This document shows, one piece after another, positions 9,886-18,998 of a stretch of DNA of 64,000 nt (position 1 is the first letter of the stretch; each line of letters starts with the position of its first letter). Below the pieces are notes generated by a model. That model did not search any database, was not told the DNA's origin, and was given only the letters and a program-made list of their open reading frames with translations. A program made the translations under genes and the position numbers. The stretch spans positions 5,252 through 69,251 of the forward strand of contig JBHIAE010000013.1 of assembly GCA_046758445.1 (NCBI GenBank), written 5' to 3'. The stretch comes from Candidatus Thorarchaeota archaeon (GTDB lineage: Archaea; Asgardarchaeota; Thorarchaeia; Thorarchaeales; Thorarchaeaceae).

Positions 9886-10911
9886 TCAGCTGCCCTTGGC
9901 AATCTCCTTTAGCTTGGATGTCCAAGCACGGATTTCAGTATTCAATACGGCAATGTCGTTCTCATTGAGGGTGGCCGTAGGCGGATAGGACTTCAATTCT
10001 CTGGCTTTCTTTCCGAACTGGAAGAGCACAGGAGTATGTCCCTTGATCATCAGTGTCAACTGGTCGCGAACCTCTTCTAAGGCTCCAGCCATTTCCTTGG
10101 CTTCAGTCTGTGGAGTTACCATCTCAAGAAGATCAGCCATTACATCATCAATGGCTGATGGCGTAACCTTCTTTGGTTTCATCTTCACTTTGTCAGCGGG
10201 TTCCTTCTCTTTGGGCGCCTTCTTCGCAGGCTTCTTAGCTGCCTTGGCTGCGGGCTCCGAGGCTGCTGAGGCTTGAGCCATGCTTGCTGCTTCTTCCAAG
10301 GCCTCAGTCATCTTCTCAAGGGACAGGTTGTACTTGCGTTCGAGGTCATCTAGCTGCCGCACAATGATTCCCACAATCTCTTTTGTTTCTGACAAGGAGT
10401 TAGACAAGTCTTGGATATTGTCTTCTATTGCCGAAACACCCGCCACGTACTGCTGGAGATCGTCAATCTTCTTGTCTACGCCGTCAAGCGAACCGGCTCC
10501 CTTGACCTCGTTGCCGATATCCACAACGTTGACAAGAATATCATCCATCTTCTTGAAGAGAACCTCCATCTCCTTGGAATCTCGAATCTCAATCACGGTC
10601 GAATCAATCCCCTTGATAGAATCAGCCAGTCCATCCACCTTCTTGCCGATGCTCTCGGAGGTCTTCGTTTCGCCCAACTTCGCGAGTGTAGTGTTGAGTT
10701 CTTGGACTGATTTGAGAAGATCCTCAATCTTGGACACTGGAGTGACTTGGGACTGTACATCCTTGATCACTTCTTCTATTCCTTCTACTTTCTTCTCGAG
10801 ATCCGTAGCAGCAATGAGTCCTTCTACCTCTTTCCTAATCTTAGTGGTTTCCTCACCAATCTTGTCAATCTTCTTTTCGAAACTCTGAAGATATTCCTTC
10901 TCGCTCGTCAT
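9886..10911 (-). CDS. Coiled-coil protein with internal lysine/alanine-rich (histone-H1-like) linker
   Basis: 341 aa; N-terminal ~220 aa heptad-rich; ...AAKAAKKPAKKAPKEKEPADKVKMKPKK...; C-terminal ~90 aa globular. Confidence 0.4.
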   Translation of the reverse strand: MTSEKEYLQSFEKKIDKIGEETTKIRKEVEGLIAATDLEKKVEGIEEVIKDVQSQVTPVSKIEDLLKSVQELNTTLAKLGETKTSESIGKKVDGLADSIKGIDSTVIEIRDSKEMEVLFKKMDDILVNVVDIGNEVKGAGSLDGVDKKIDDLQQYVAGVSAIEDNIQDLSNSLSETKEIVGIIVRQLDDLERKYNLSLEKMTEALEEAASMAQASAASEPAAKAAKKPAKKAPKEKEPADKVKMKPKKVTPSAIDDVMADLLEMVTPQTEAKEMAGALEEVRDQLTLMIKGHTPVLFQFGKKARELKSYPPTATLNENDIAVLNTEIRAWTSKLKEIAKGS

Positions 10912-11032
10912 GGCATGCCCAACCTATCAAATCGGAGGCCGTGTCCAGCATAATCTCTGCGTATTTAGATTTTCGGGATATCTAAATGATTCGTGGGGGT
11001 CTATCTCTCAAACCACCTGACAACTTCCGCCG

Positions 11033-11884
11033 CTATATCTTACTGGCACGGATGAAATCTAATCCGCACTCTTCGAGGATTGGGAAGATACGGGCCTTGT
11101 TCTCCGCATTAGTTCCCTTCCAGTCTATGATAGCTCGAGAAACCTTCTCCTTGCTCCGTGATATCATATGCTGGATCACATCAACATCAATCTCGTTCAG
11201 GGCGTACTTGGGAGCGATGTGACCGATTCTTACATCTTTCTCTAGAACTAGCTTGTTGAACTTGCTAGCATAGTGCGTGCCACCAAAACCAATAGAGGAT
11301 TCTGACTCAATTGGCGCTCGAATGCATTCCATGACTGCTGCCGCAACAGACCTTGCTCCCTCTTCATGTTGCCAGTAGGCTTCGCCACTGCCTAGTTCGA
11401 CAAAGAGTAGAGGTGTATTCATGGTTGTAGGGCCGTGATGGGTCACTTCAAGCGTGATATCGAACTCCTCCAGCCGGCGCCTGGCTCTCTCCTTCTGTAG
11501 GCTCCGTAAGGCCACGGACATAAGACTTGCTATGGACACAGACAGGCTCCTTGGGGCACCTCCATAGCTAGCATCATCTCCGAAGTTGCCTGTACTATGA
11601 ACGAGCAGGGCAGGCCTGCCCGACTGTGCTCTGTGGCGAGAGCAGAAGATGAACACCTCTGCTTCGAAATGTTGCTCTAGATGATCTGCGAATATCATGT
11701 CGCGCTCTGTTGTGATCAGCAAAGCTGAACTTCCAAGTGAGTAGACTGGATTTCCCTCGAATGTTTCACCGGTTTCTTCGAAGCCATGTTCATCGCGTAG
11801 TAAGTTGCTTATGGTTTGACTCGCTATGTCTTGAGTCGAGGAAACAAGCACCCTCATTTGGATCATCCGTTTCTCAATCGACAA
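11033..11884 (-). CDS. dtdA: D-aminoacyl-tRNA deacylase, archaeal type (DtdA/DTD2)
   Basis: 283 aa; strong match by recollection to Pyrococcus DtdA (..FEGNPVY..; SRHRAQSGRPALLVHSTGNFG; EVTHHGPT; DWKGT). Confidence 0.8.
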   Translation of the reverse strand: MSIEKRMIQMRVLVSSTQDIASQTISNLLRDEHGFEETGETFEGNPVYSLGSSALLITTERDMIFADHLEQHFEAEVFIFCSRHRAQSGRPALLVHSTGNFGDDASYGGAPRSLSVSIASLMSVALRSLQKERARRRLEEFDITLEVTHHGPTTMNTPLLFVELGSGEAYWQHEEGARSVAAAVMECIRAPIESESSIGFGGTHYASKFNKLVLEKDVRIGHIAPKYALNEIDVDVIQHMISRSKEKVSRAIIDWKGTNAENKARIFPILEECGLDFIRASKI

Positions 11885-13118
11885 TACACTTCTCTAGCAG
11901 GGGCTCCAATGATATCTCAAGCTCGAGTGTCACCTTCTCCTCAAAGGACTCCAGAATCTCTGACTCAATTCGGTCCTTATGGTCCCTAACTCGAGCTAGC
12001 TCACGTTCAATATCGTCCCTGATTCGAAGCATATCGCTGCGATGATAGTCAAGATTCTTCTGGGCCTCTTCAAGCTCGCCCTGGAGCCGATCGCTCTCCG
12101 CGTATACATCAGAACCTGCGTATTTCCGGCGTTTCTCCTCCAGCTCTTTAGCTTTCTGCTGCAGCTCCTGGAGAGAACCACTGCTGATAGCGTTCACCTC
12201 TTCAATTGCACGTCTTCCTAGTCGGTCTTTTAGAGAGAGCTTGCCTGTTTCAATTGCTTCCCTCAGTCCCCCAAGTCCTTCAAGTAGTCCCGGATGTCCG
12301 TCGGGCTCCTCGACGATTGCCGTATAGGGGTCCTCGAAGTAATCAAGGAGAGCTCTTTGGCCAGCGGCACCCACTCGCACACCGGTGTCACGTTGGAGGA
12401 ACTTCTTCACCTGCTTCTTCAGAGGATTCATCTTCATCCTTAGAACACCAGCCAAACGATCCGCCTCTTCGTCAAGCGTGAGTAGCCCTGCCACGTCGGA
12501 CGTTTCTGCGAATGTATTGTAGGCGGTCTTCGCCGAATCAAAATCAACTTTGGCCGTGTCAATCTTCATCCTCGTCTGGCGAATCTGGTCTTCAAATAGC
12601 TCTTCGCTGTGACCCAGGTCTTGCAAGGTCTGAATTCTGGTTCCAATCCTCTCCAGGTCTTTCAGCCAGTTGAACTCAAAAAGGAGCTTTTGAATGCGGT
12701 TCATCTCATTCATGAGCTCTTTCATGGCAGAATCAATCTGCTTGATCGTCGTCTTGTGCCTCTTGTCCATCCGCCTGATCCAGCGGGCGCCAGCACCCCA
12801 AAGCTCCTGAATGAAAGCCCTGATCTCCTCCTGAAGATCCTCCATACTCTGGTGGGTCACCTCTTTGTCGACATAGAAGTCGGCAGTGATGTCCTCGACC
12901 TTCATGGCGAATCTGGTGGCAATGCCCATGGAATCTGGTTCATCCTCGCCAGTCTCCCTAAGGTTTCTTGAGAGATCCTTTATGTCTTTGAGAGTCCTCT
13001 CTACAACCTTGTAGCTCCTCTCAGCCTTCTTCTTGAATTCCTTAGATCGATTTGAGAGGCGTTTTCGATACCACTTTTGAAGCTGGTCAACAGTTAGAGT
13101 CGTCATCTGGGGTGCCAC
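11874..13118 (-). CDS. Coiled-coil protein, function unknown
   Basis: 414 aa, mostly predicted alpha-helical/coiled-coil; stop overlaps dtdA start by 11 nt (operonic). Confidence 0.4.
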   Translation of the reverse strand: MAPQMTTLTVDQLQKWYRKRLSNRSKEFKKKAERSYKVVERTLKDIKDLSRNLRETGEDEPDSMGIATRFAMKVEDITADFYVDKEVTHQSMEDLQEEIRAFIQELWGAGARWIRRMDKRHKTTIKQIDSAMKELMNEMNRIQKLLFEFNWLKDLERIGTRIQTLQDLGHSEELFEDQIRQTRMKIDTAKVDFDSAKTAYNTFAETSDVAGLLTLDEEADRLAGVLRMKMNPLKKQVKKFLQRDTGVRVGAAGQRALLDYFEDPYTAIVEEPDGHPGLLEGLGGLREAIETGKLSLKDRLGRRAIEEVNAISSGSLQELQQKAKELEEKRRKYAGSDVYAESDRLQGELEEAQKNLDYHRSDMLRIRDDIERELARVRDHKDRIESEILESFEEKVTLELEISLEPLLEKCIVD

Positions 13119-13319
13119 CTAGTCGCGTGACGAGATTTCCATCCTACTTTTCAACTTTATGAACTGTGAACCACATTATTGCTCATGGAAAACAAGCTTT
13201 TAACCATGCTGACATTTATGGGAAACCTCACGGGCACGAGGCCGGTAATGTCCAAGGATAATCATCCCCTGAAAAGAGGGAGGTGTGAGGAGGAAACTCA
13301 ACTGAATCCCCCTCATCTC

Positions 13320-13760
13320 CTACTCGTCATACTTCCAGCATAGGAAATCGGCTAGCATCAAACCAGCCGATGTGAGCTTCGCAAGCTGTCCCTTGTTTTC
13401 CATGTCACCACCAGATAGCAAACCCATGTCCATCAAAGAACGGAGGTTCCACTTTGTTGTACTATAAGGTACTGATGTTCTTCGTGACACACGGTCTGCC
13501 AGCGCCGTAACGGTCAGGTCGTTGTACTTCAGCAGTTGCGCACTCACTCTCAATACAAGCTTCTGGTTCTTGCTCATTCTTGTGTCTGCCAGTGTGAAGA
13601 ATGATGCGGCAAGACTGTCAAAAGAAGACTCGGCGAAAGGTTCGTGACTCTGACATGCCTGGTTGGCACTAGAGAATACATTCACCTCGTGAAGTAATTT
13701 GGTACTCACCTTTTGCCTTTGCGACCCGACGTCGATGGGCGGTGGCCTCTGTTTCAACAC
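13320..13760 (-). CDS. Small winged-helix (MarR/ArsR-like) protein
   Basis: C-terminal half ...LTVTALADRVSRRTSVPYSTTKWNLRSLMDMGLL... HTH-like; start uncertain (internal Met possible). Confidence 0.35.
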   Translation of the reverse strand: MLKQRPPPIDVGSQRQKVSTKLLHEVNVFSSANQACQSHEPFAESSFDSLAASFFTLADTRMSKNQKLVLRVSAQLLKYNDLTVTALADRVSRRTSVPYSTTKWNLRSLMDMGLLSGGDMENKGQLAKLTSAGLMLADFLCWKYDE

Positions 13761-13852
13761 CCATTTCGCTTTTCACCTCTTTCTTGATTGGGTCATTTCA
13801 CGGCTAATCAAGACAGCATTTAAGCGTTTGCAGAAGGCTTGCTGTGCGGCAT

Positions 13853-14374
13853 TCACCTCATATCTTCAGGAATCTGAAGTCCCATTGAGTCTAGCTTGCC
13901 AAACCCTTGGCTGTAAAGACTCATGTTGTGCCGGATCTCTTCCTCAGTTTCTGTTACAGTAGAAAGGTATGAGTTTATCTCATCCAGTCCACTCTCTTTG
14001 TACTCTTCCATCATTGAATAGACAGTATCACTCATGCGGAGCATTAGGTCTTGTATGACAGTGCTGAGATCGATCATAGACTGGACTACCTCAACTGCGT
14101 CATCATCAGGCATGTAGGGAAGAAAGTCCTCAAGTGCGACACCAGCCTCTCTGCATCGGTCGACCCGACCAGGAATCACTTCATCATACATTGAATGCAT
14201 CCATCCCAGACGCTCCTCGTGAGTCAGAGTTCCAAGGTTCTCGAGAGAGAAGTAACCAGTCCACGGGCCAAACTCAGAGCTCTCATAGGAGATCCAGTTG
14301 TCAAAAGCACCCAGAACACGATGCCAACCCTCTACGGTCTTCGACATCAATCCATCCCGAGATTCTGTCATCAT
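13853..14374 (-). CDS. Hypothetical protein
   Basis: 173-aa ORF with coding periodicity, no recognised motifs. Confidence 0.35.
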   Translation of the reverse strand: MMTESRDGLMSKTVEGWHRVLGAFDNWISYESSEFGPWTGYFSLENLGTLTHEERLGWMHSMYDEVIPGRVDRCREAGVALEDFLPYMPDDDAVEVVQSMIDLSTVIQDLMLRMSDTVYSMMEEYKESGLDEINSYLSTVTETEEEIRHNMSLYSQGFGKLDSMGLQIPEDMR

Positions 14375-14412
14375 CGGTTGTTATAAACTAGCGTGAAATA
14401 CTGAGTGACAGA

Positions 14413-15084
14413 ATGACAGACAATCGCCTCTCGATTCTCATTGGAATACTAAGGAACTCAAATGAGTTAGACAAGATTCTCGCTAGTGACGAAGTCACGA
14501 CAGATCTTCTAGAACAGGCGGGAGCCACACAAGTAGATGAGGAATCCTGGACACTTGACAGCGCAGCAAGAGTATCTCTGGCCATTCAAGCCAACCTGTT
14601 GGGTGCTGAGCTAGAGGAGATTGTGAACCTACTCTCGTGGAAAGACTTTGAGGGGCTAGTGGCAAGAATCCTGACAGAAAACGACTACCGTTGTCTTGAG
14701 AACTTCAGGAAACGTGGAACGAAAGAAGCAAGAGGCATGGAGATTGATGTCATTGGAGTCAAGGGCACGAGCGTTATTTCAGTTGATGCCAAGATGTGGG
14801 GAGTCAGGTCAGGCAAGTCAACTGCCTTGAAGTCTGCAGCAGAGAAGCAGGAAGAGAGAACAGTTCGCCTATGTGATCAGATGCACATGCTGGCGGAGAA
14901 ACTGGGTGGTATCCCTAGCGGAGTATACTCACTCACGCCAGTCTTGGTTACTTGGATGGTTGAAGAGGTTGTCTTCCATGATGGAGTTCCCGTTGTCCCC
15001 GTCTTCAAGCTTAACACATTCTTGCAGGATATGCCAATCTACCAGGACATGATCGCGTCTTCCGACTGTGTCTTTCATAGCTAG
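14413..15084 (+). CDS. PD-(D/E)xK nuclease-fold protein (Mrr/Hjc-like restriction-endonuclease-like domain)
   Basis: ...GMEIDVIGVKGTSVISVDAKMW... matches D...(E/D)xK arrangement of the fold; N-terminal helical region. Confidence 0.4.
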   Translation: MTDNRLSILIGILRNSNELDKILASDEVTTDLLEQAGATQVDEESWTLDSAARVSLAIQANLLGAELEEIVNLLSWKDFEGLVARILTENDYRCLENFRKRGTKEARGMEIDVIGVKGTSVISVDAKMWGVRSGKSTALKSAAEKQEERTVRLCDQMHMLAEKLGGIPSGVYSLTPVLVTWMVEEVVFHDGVPVVPVFKLNTFLQDMPIYQDMIASSDCVFHS

Positions 15085-15109
15085 TGTTTGACCTTCCTGC
15101 GCAAGCAAA

Positions 15110-15922
15110 TCATGATCTGCCTTCAACAGTCCAAAGAGATTCATGAATGACGTCTGAATATGTAACTCTCACGCGCTGAGTCGCCAGAACCCGGAAGTTC
15201 CTGTAGAGCCGATCAAGCTCGGTTAGACTGTATGGTGCTGTCCAATTGATACCTAGCCGCTCCCTAAAGACCGAACTTGGCACACCAATGTCACATACAT
15301 ATAGGTCTCCTAGACTTTCCGGCAATGTTTCAAGAAGACCAGACTTCACGAAGGCAATCGTCAATGTGGCGAGGGGGTTGACTCTTCCGACATTCTCGCC
15401 TGTGGTTACGTCCAATCCCGAGGGAGCATCCAAGGATAGTACTCTCTCTGACTCCTTAAGAGCGGCAAATACATCATTCGCCAGCGGGTCCTCACGTCTA
15501 GTAAATCCATACCCAATGAAGGCATCTAAAACCAGAGTCTTGTTGTCTGAGGGGGCAGTCAGGGGACCTTCAAGAATCTCGGAACCAACCGATTTGAGCC
15601 TCTCCAATTGAGCTCGGGGTATAGAGCGGAGCGACCTGATGCCTTTGGGAACCACGACTTTGACGTTGTAGCCCCAACCGAAGAGTCGTCGTGCAGCAAC
15701 TAGTCCACCACCTCCGTTATTTCCCGATCCCACAACAATCAGAAACTGAGTGGATGAATCCCCTGACAACTCTACTGCTAGCCGTGCAAAGCTGGAACCA
15801 GCATTCTCCATCATCAGCTCAACAGGAATGCTCAGCTCCTCCATCATAATGCGGTCGACTTCAATCATCTGGTCCCGTGATATGCCTGGCAGACCCATAC
15901 CAAATGGATAGACGCCAATCAC
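15110..15922 (-). CDS. nnrE: NAD(P)H-hydrate epimerase (YjeF N-terminal domain)
   Basis: ...FLIVVGSGNNGGGGLVAARRL.GWGYNVKVVVP... canonical YjeF-N glycine-rich motif. Confidence 0.7.
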   Translation of the reverse strand: MIGVYPFGMGLPGISRDQMIEVDRIMMEELSIPVELMMENAGSSFARLAVELSGDSSTQFLIVVGSGNNGGGGLVAARRLFGWGYNVKVVVPKGIRSLRSIPRAQLERLKSVGSEILEGPLTAPSDNKTLVLDAFIGYGFTRREDPLANDVFAALKESERVLSLDAPSGLDVTTGENVGRVNPLATLTIAFVKSGLLETLPESLGDLYVCDIGVPSSVFRERLGINWTAPYSLTELDRLYRNFRVLATQRVRVTYSDVIHESLWTVEGRS

Positions 15923-16038
15923 TTAGCCCTTGCCAATCATTCTAGCTGCTAAGGAGGTCATCAGAGCCTCCTGAGGTTCATCTTTTTATCTGGTCAATAC
16001 ACTTCATCAGACAGATTCCGAAGCGGGAGATATGATCA

Positions 16039-16932
16039 ATGGCTCTGTTCGGTGTAGTCTATCACGAAAACGTAAACAATTGGGCTACTGCCAGTCTCAT
16101 TGAGGCCATAGAGGCAAAGGGACACACCGCCAAGCCCTTCCGCCTAGCAGATGTGGCAGCCGAACTTCCTCACAGATTCACGCATCTAGATGAGGAAGAC
16201 GTTTCAGGAATGGACGGGGTCATGGTCCGCACAATCGGTTTCGGAAATAGCGACCAGATAACCTTTCGAATCAGTCTTTTGGAGCATTTCGAGGATGCCG
16301 GTATTTACGTGATGAACCCAGCCTATTCATTCAGAAGAGCCAAGGACAAATACGCGACCTTGACTGCACTGCATAAGGCGGGAATCAGAGTCCCACGGAC
16401 GTACATTGGCGAGAACCTCGAGGCTGCAATCAATTTCGCAGATGAGGTCGGAGATGTCATAATCAAGCCTCTCATTGGTGCCCGTGGCCTTGGCGCAATT
16501 AGAGCCCAACATCCCGAACTCAACTACCGGGCCATGAAATTCATTCACCAGTTGGGTCAAGTCTTATACGTTCAAGAAGTGATACCTAAGCCAGATCGTG
16601 ATATTAGAGCATTCGTTATCGGCGACCAGTTGGTGGGGGCAATGTACAGATACCTCCCCGAGGAAGACAAGGATGAGTGGCGGACCAACGTTTATGCCGG
16701 GGGTCGTGCTGAGCTGGCGAGCCTTGATGATGAATATTCGGAGTGTGCAATCAAGACTGCCGCCACCCTCAATCTTGACTATACTGGAGTAGATATCATT
16801 GAGTCACCTGAGGGCCCCTATGTGATTGAGGCTAACGCAGCTCCTTCTTGGAGCGCCCTCTCACGTGTTACAGAGAAGAACATTGCAGGAATGATAATCG
16901 ACAGGCTGATCCACCAATCCGGTGTGAAATGA
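16039..16932 (+). CDS. RimK-family ATP-grasp alpha-L-glutamate ligase
   Basis: 297 aa; ATP-grasp layout (KP.IGARGLG..; ...VDIIES..GPYVIEANAAPSW) typical of RimK/LysX/MptN/CofF; exact substrate not assignable. Confidence 0.75.
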   Translation: MALFGVVYHENVNNWATASLIEAIEAKGHTAKPFRLADVAAELPHRFTHLDEEDVSGMDGVMVRTIGFGNSDQITFRISLLEHFEDAGIYVMNPAYSFRRAKDKYATLTALHKAGIRVPRTYIGENLEAAINFADEVGDVIIKPLIGARGLGAIRAQHPELNYRAMKFIHQLGQVLYVQEVIPKPDRDIRAFVIGDQLVGAMYRYLPEEDKDEWRTNVYAGGRAELASLDDEYSECAIKTAATLNLDYTGVDIIESPEGPYVIEANAAPSWSALSRVTEKNIAGMIIDRLIHQSGVK

Positions 16933-16997
16933 CTGCTGGGCTAAAATGAATACAGGTGCACTTGATTCAGAACTCGTAGCGACAGCTCGGATTAGAA

Positions 16998-17729
16998 CTA
17001 CCCGGCAGCAAGGATCTCTTCTACTTCCTCCTGGGAGAGTATCCTGAATGTCTTGTCTGTAGTGTCAATCTTGCCGATTTCTATTCTCCTGGCTCTCTCA
17101 GCCGGAGGCTCTTCAGAAGTTTCACCGTTTCTGATCAGTCCTTCCAATGCCAACTTCAGAGCTCCATCGAGATCCGTCTTCTCTTTGTAGTTCTCTTTGA
17201 AGTAGTCGCGGACTACGTCAGCCTCCTTTCCAATTGCAGTGGCTCTCCAACCCCAGAAGGAGCCTGAAGGATCAGTCGTGAAAAGCTGTGGTCCATCGTG
17301 GTCGATTCCAGCAACGAGTAGGGAAACACCAAAGGGTCGGTACCCTCCGACCTGAGTCACTGACTGTTTGATATCGCAAATGTTGACGACCAGTGACTGG
17401 ATGGAGATGGGCTCATCGTAACTAAGTCTGTTGATCTGAGCTCTTAACCGAGCTTCGTCTATCAACTTTCGCGCATCAGCGTGTAGACCCGCGATTGCTG
17501 TGCCGATGTGGTCATCCACAAGCAGAATCTTCCTAAGAGTGTCTAGGTCCACAAGCGAATGAGGCGATCTCTTCTCACCGGCAAGGACAACTCCGTCAAC
17601 GGCTTTGACACCGACAGCGAGTGGCCCGTGGCGAACTGCCTCAGTCGCATACTCAACTTGATATAGCCGTCCCTCGGGACTGAAGACAGTGATTGCGCGG
17701 TCATAACCCATGCTCTGTGTTGGAAACAT
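16998..17729 (-). CDS. psmA: Proteasome subunit alpha
   Basis: MFPTQSMGYDRAITVFSPEGRLYQVEYA... hallmark alpha-subunit N-terminus; 243 aa. Confidence 0.9.
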   Translation of the reverse strand: MFPTQSMGYDRAITVFSPEGRLYQVEYATEAVRHGPLAVGVKAVDGVVLAGEKRSPHSLVDLDTLRKILLVDDHIGTAIAGLHADARKLIDEARLRAQINRLSYDEPISIQSLVVNICDIKQSVTQVGGYRPFGVSLLVAGIDHDGPQLFTTDPSGSFWGWRATAIGKEADVVRDYFKENYKEKTDLDGALKLALEGLIRNGETSEEPPAERARRIEIGKIDTTDKTFRILSQEEVEEILAAG

Positions 17730-17798
17730 GCTTTGATAACACTCCAGTCAATTTGAGCCCACTACTGGAAGGGTCAAACAAACGTCAATAGTGCCACG

Positions 17799-17805
17799 TT
17801 TAAAA
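17799..17805 (-). promoter_or_regulatory. TATA-box-like element (TTTTAAA on minus strand) upstream of psmA
   Basis: A/T heptamer ~70 nt upstream of psmA ATG in otherwise GC-balanced spacer; distance is long for archaeal promoter so weak. Confidence 0.2.
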
Positions 17806-17848
17806 GCTTGTCTGTGTGTTTGTTTGCAACCGGAGCTACACGAGGCTC

Positions 17849-18586
17849 CTATCGCCATTCCAGACGCATTGACACTCCCTTTGGTAGCCGACCAAGCACT
17901 GGTTCAATCTCTTCTCGGTCAGGAACCCTCAGACTCTCGGCCTCAGATTCCTTGACGCCAGAAGAGTGCACATAGTTCTGTACAACATACTCTCCTTGGA
18001 AGCCAATCTCCCTCAAGACCTTGAGAACTCCATCTATCTCGGCAGGTGACATCAGTTCTCCAACATAGGTTGTTCTTGGCCAGAAAGCGACATCAGAGTC
18101 CAATAGAAGCTCGATGCTTTTCAGAACTCGAGTCCAAGGGTTGTCCTGAGTTCTGGCGACAACGGGATATCGTTCTGGCGTCGTCTTCAGGTCGAACCAT
18201 ACGGAATCGAGAAACGGAATGCAACTCTCAAGTACTGACGGAACCGAACCTTGTGTGTTTAGGTTAATGTGAAAGTTGGCCTCAGCACTGAGTAATCTGA
18301 GGAGGTCAGGCAGGTCTCTGTGAATTGTTGGCTCTCCCCCTGTCACACAGAAGCCGTCAGTGAGATGTCCTCGCGCTTTCTGAGCGATCTCTTCAACGGG
18401 CGTTTCAATCCCGGAATCTCTTGGGACTAGTTCTGCATTCTGACAATATGGACAGTCAAAGTTGCACCCTCCCGTAAATATCACAGTAACAGGAATTCCT
18501 GGGACATCCACAAGGCTGATGTCAATTATCGATGCTAATCGCATTGCCCGGTGACTACCTCTGTCAGTTAGTGAAATCTGGCCCAT
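17849..18586 (-). CDS. Radical SAM enzyme, activating-enzyme-like (PflA/NrdG/AmrS-type)
   Basis: CNFDCPYCQN CxxxCxxC motif near N-terminus; 245 aa. Confidence 0.7.
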   Translation of the reverse strand: MGQISLTDRGSHRAMRLASIIDISLVDVPGIPVTVIFTGGCNFDCPYCQNAELVPRDSGIETPVEEIAQKARGHLTDGFCVTGGEPTIHRDLPDLLRLLSAEANFHINLNTQGSVPSVLESCIPFLDSVWFDLKTTPERYPVVARTQDNPWTRVLKSIELLLDSDVAFWPRTTYVGELMSPAEIDGVLKVLREIGFQGEYVVQNYVHSSGVKESEAESLRVPDREEIEPVLGRLPKGVSMRLEWR

Positions 18587-18716
18587 AAATGTCCAACTGT
18601 AGGGTTACGTCCGCGTATAGTCTGTGATATTGCCCTGATATGACTGAATATACTCGAATATCCTTACTATAACGCTTAAAGATAGGTTTAGCACACCTCA
18701 TAATGGGGACCATGCA

Positions 18717-18986
18717 ATGGCGATTAGGAGTATCAACAAGGAGAGTATTTTGAAGAGTACACTCTTTCACATTCAATTGAAACAGTGCCAGTACATAGAT
18801 GACTTCCCTGAAATGGTCGCAGACATCTTTGAGAAGAGTGTTGAGCGCGGCAGACTTCGGGAATATGAGAAACTGAAGAGGAAACTGTATCGAATCAGCA
18901 CGAGCTTCTTCGAGGTCAACAAGAGCATAATCAAGAAGAAGGACTTCTTCGAGTCACTCTACAAGCGGATTGCTAGAAGGATCTGA
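18717..18986 (+). CDS. Small hypothetical basic protein
   Basis: 89-aa ORF in 400-nt intergenic space between convergent genes; K/R-rich; low support. Confidence 0.25.
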   Translation: MAIRSINKESILKSTLFHIQLKQCQYIDDFPEMVADIFEKSVERGRLREYEKLKRKLYRISTSFFEVNKSIIKKKDFFESLYKRIARRI

Positions 18987-18998
18987 TGACGTATCGCT

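Noticed and set aside
10043-10888. Plus-strand ORFs (77, 202, 99 aa) antisense to the 9886-10911 coiled-coil gene
   Set aside because: Serine/leucine-rich mirror translations of the E/K-rich coiled coil, contained entirely within a better-supported gene.
13119-13319. Checked 200-nt intergenic region, and others (35494-36056, 50176-50394, 56304-56463), for tRNA/ncRNA
   Set aside because: No cloverleaf-compatible acceptor/T-arm pairing or conserved GTTC/TTCGA-type motifs seen by eye. No CRISPR-like direct repeats anywhere in the window.
15935-15975. Hairpin (GGAGGtcatcagagCCTCC) followed by a T-run, resembling a terminator
   Set aside because: No plus-strand gene ends nearby (the preceding plus-strand gene stops at 15084). 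On the minus strand it sits upstream of the gene start, so it is not assignable as a terminator.
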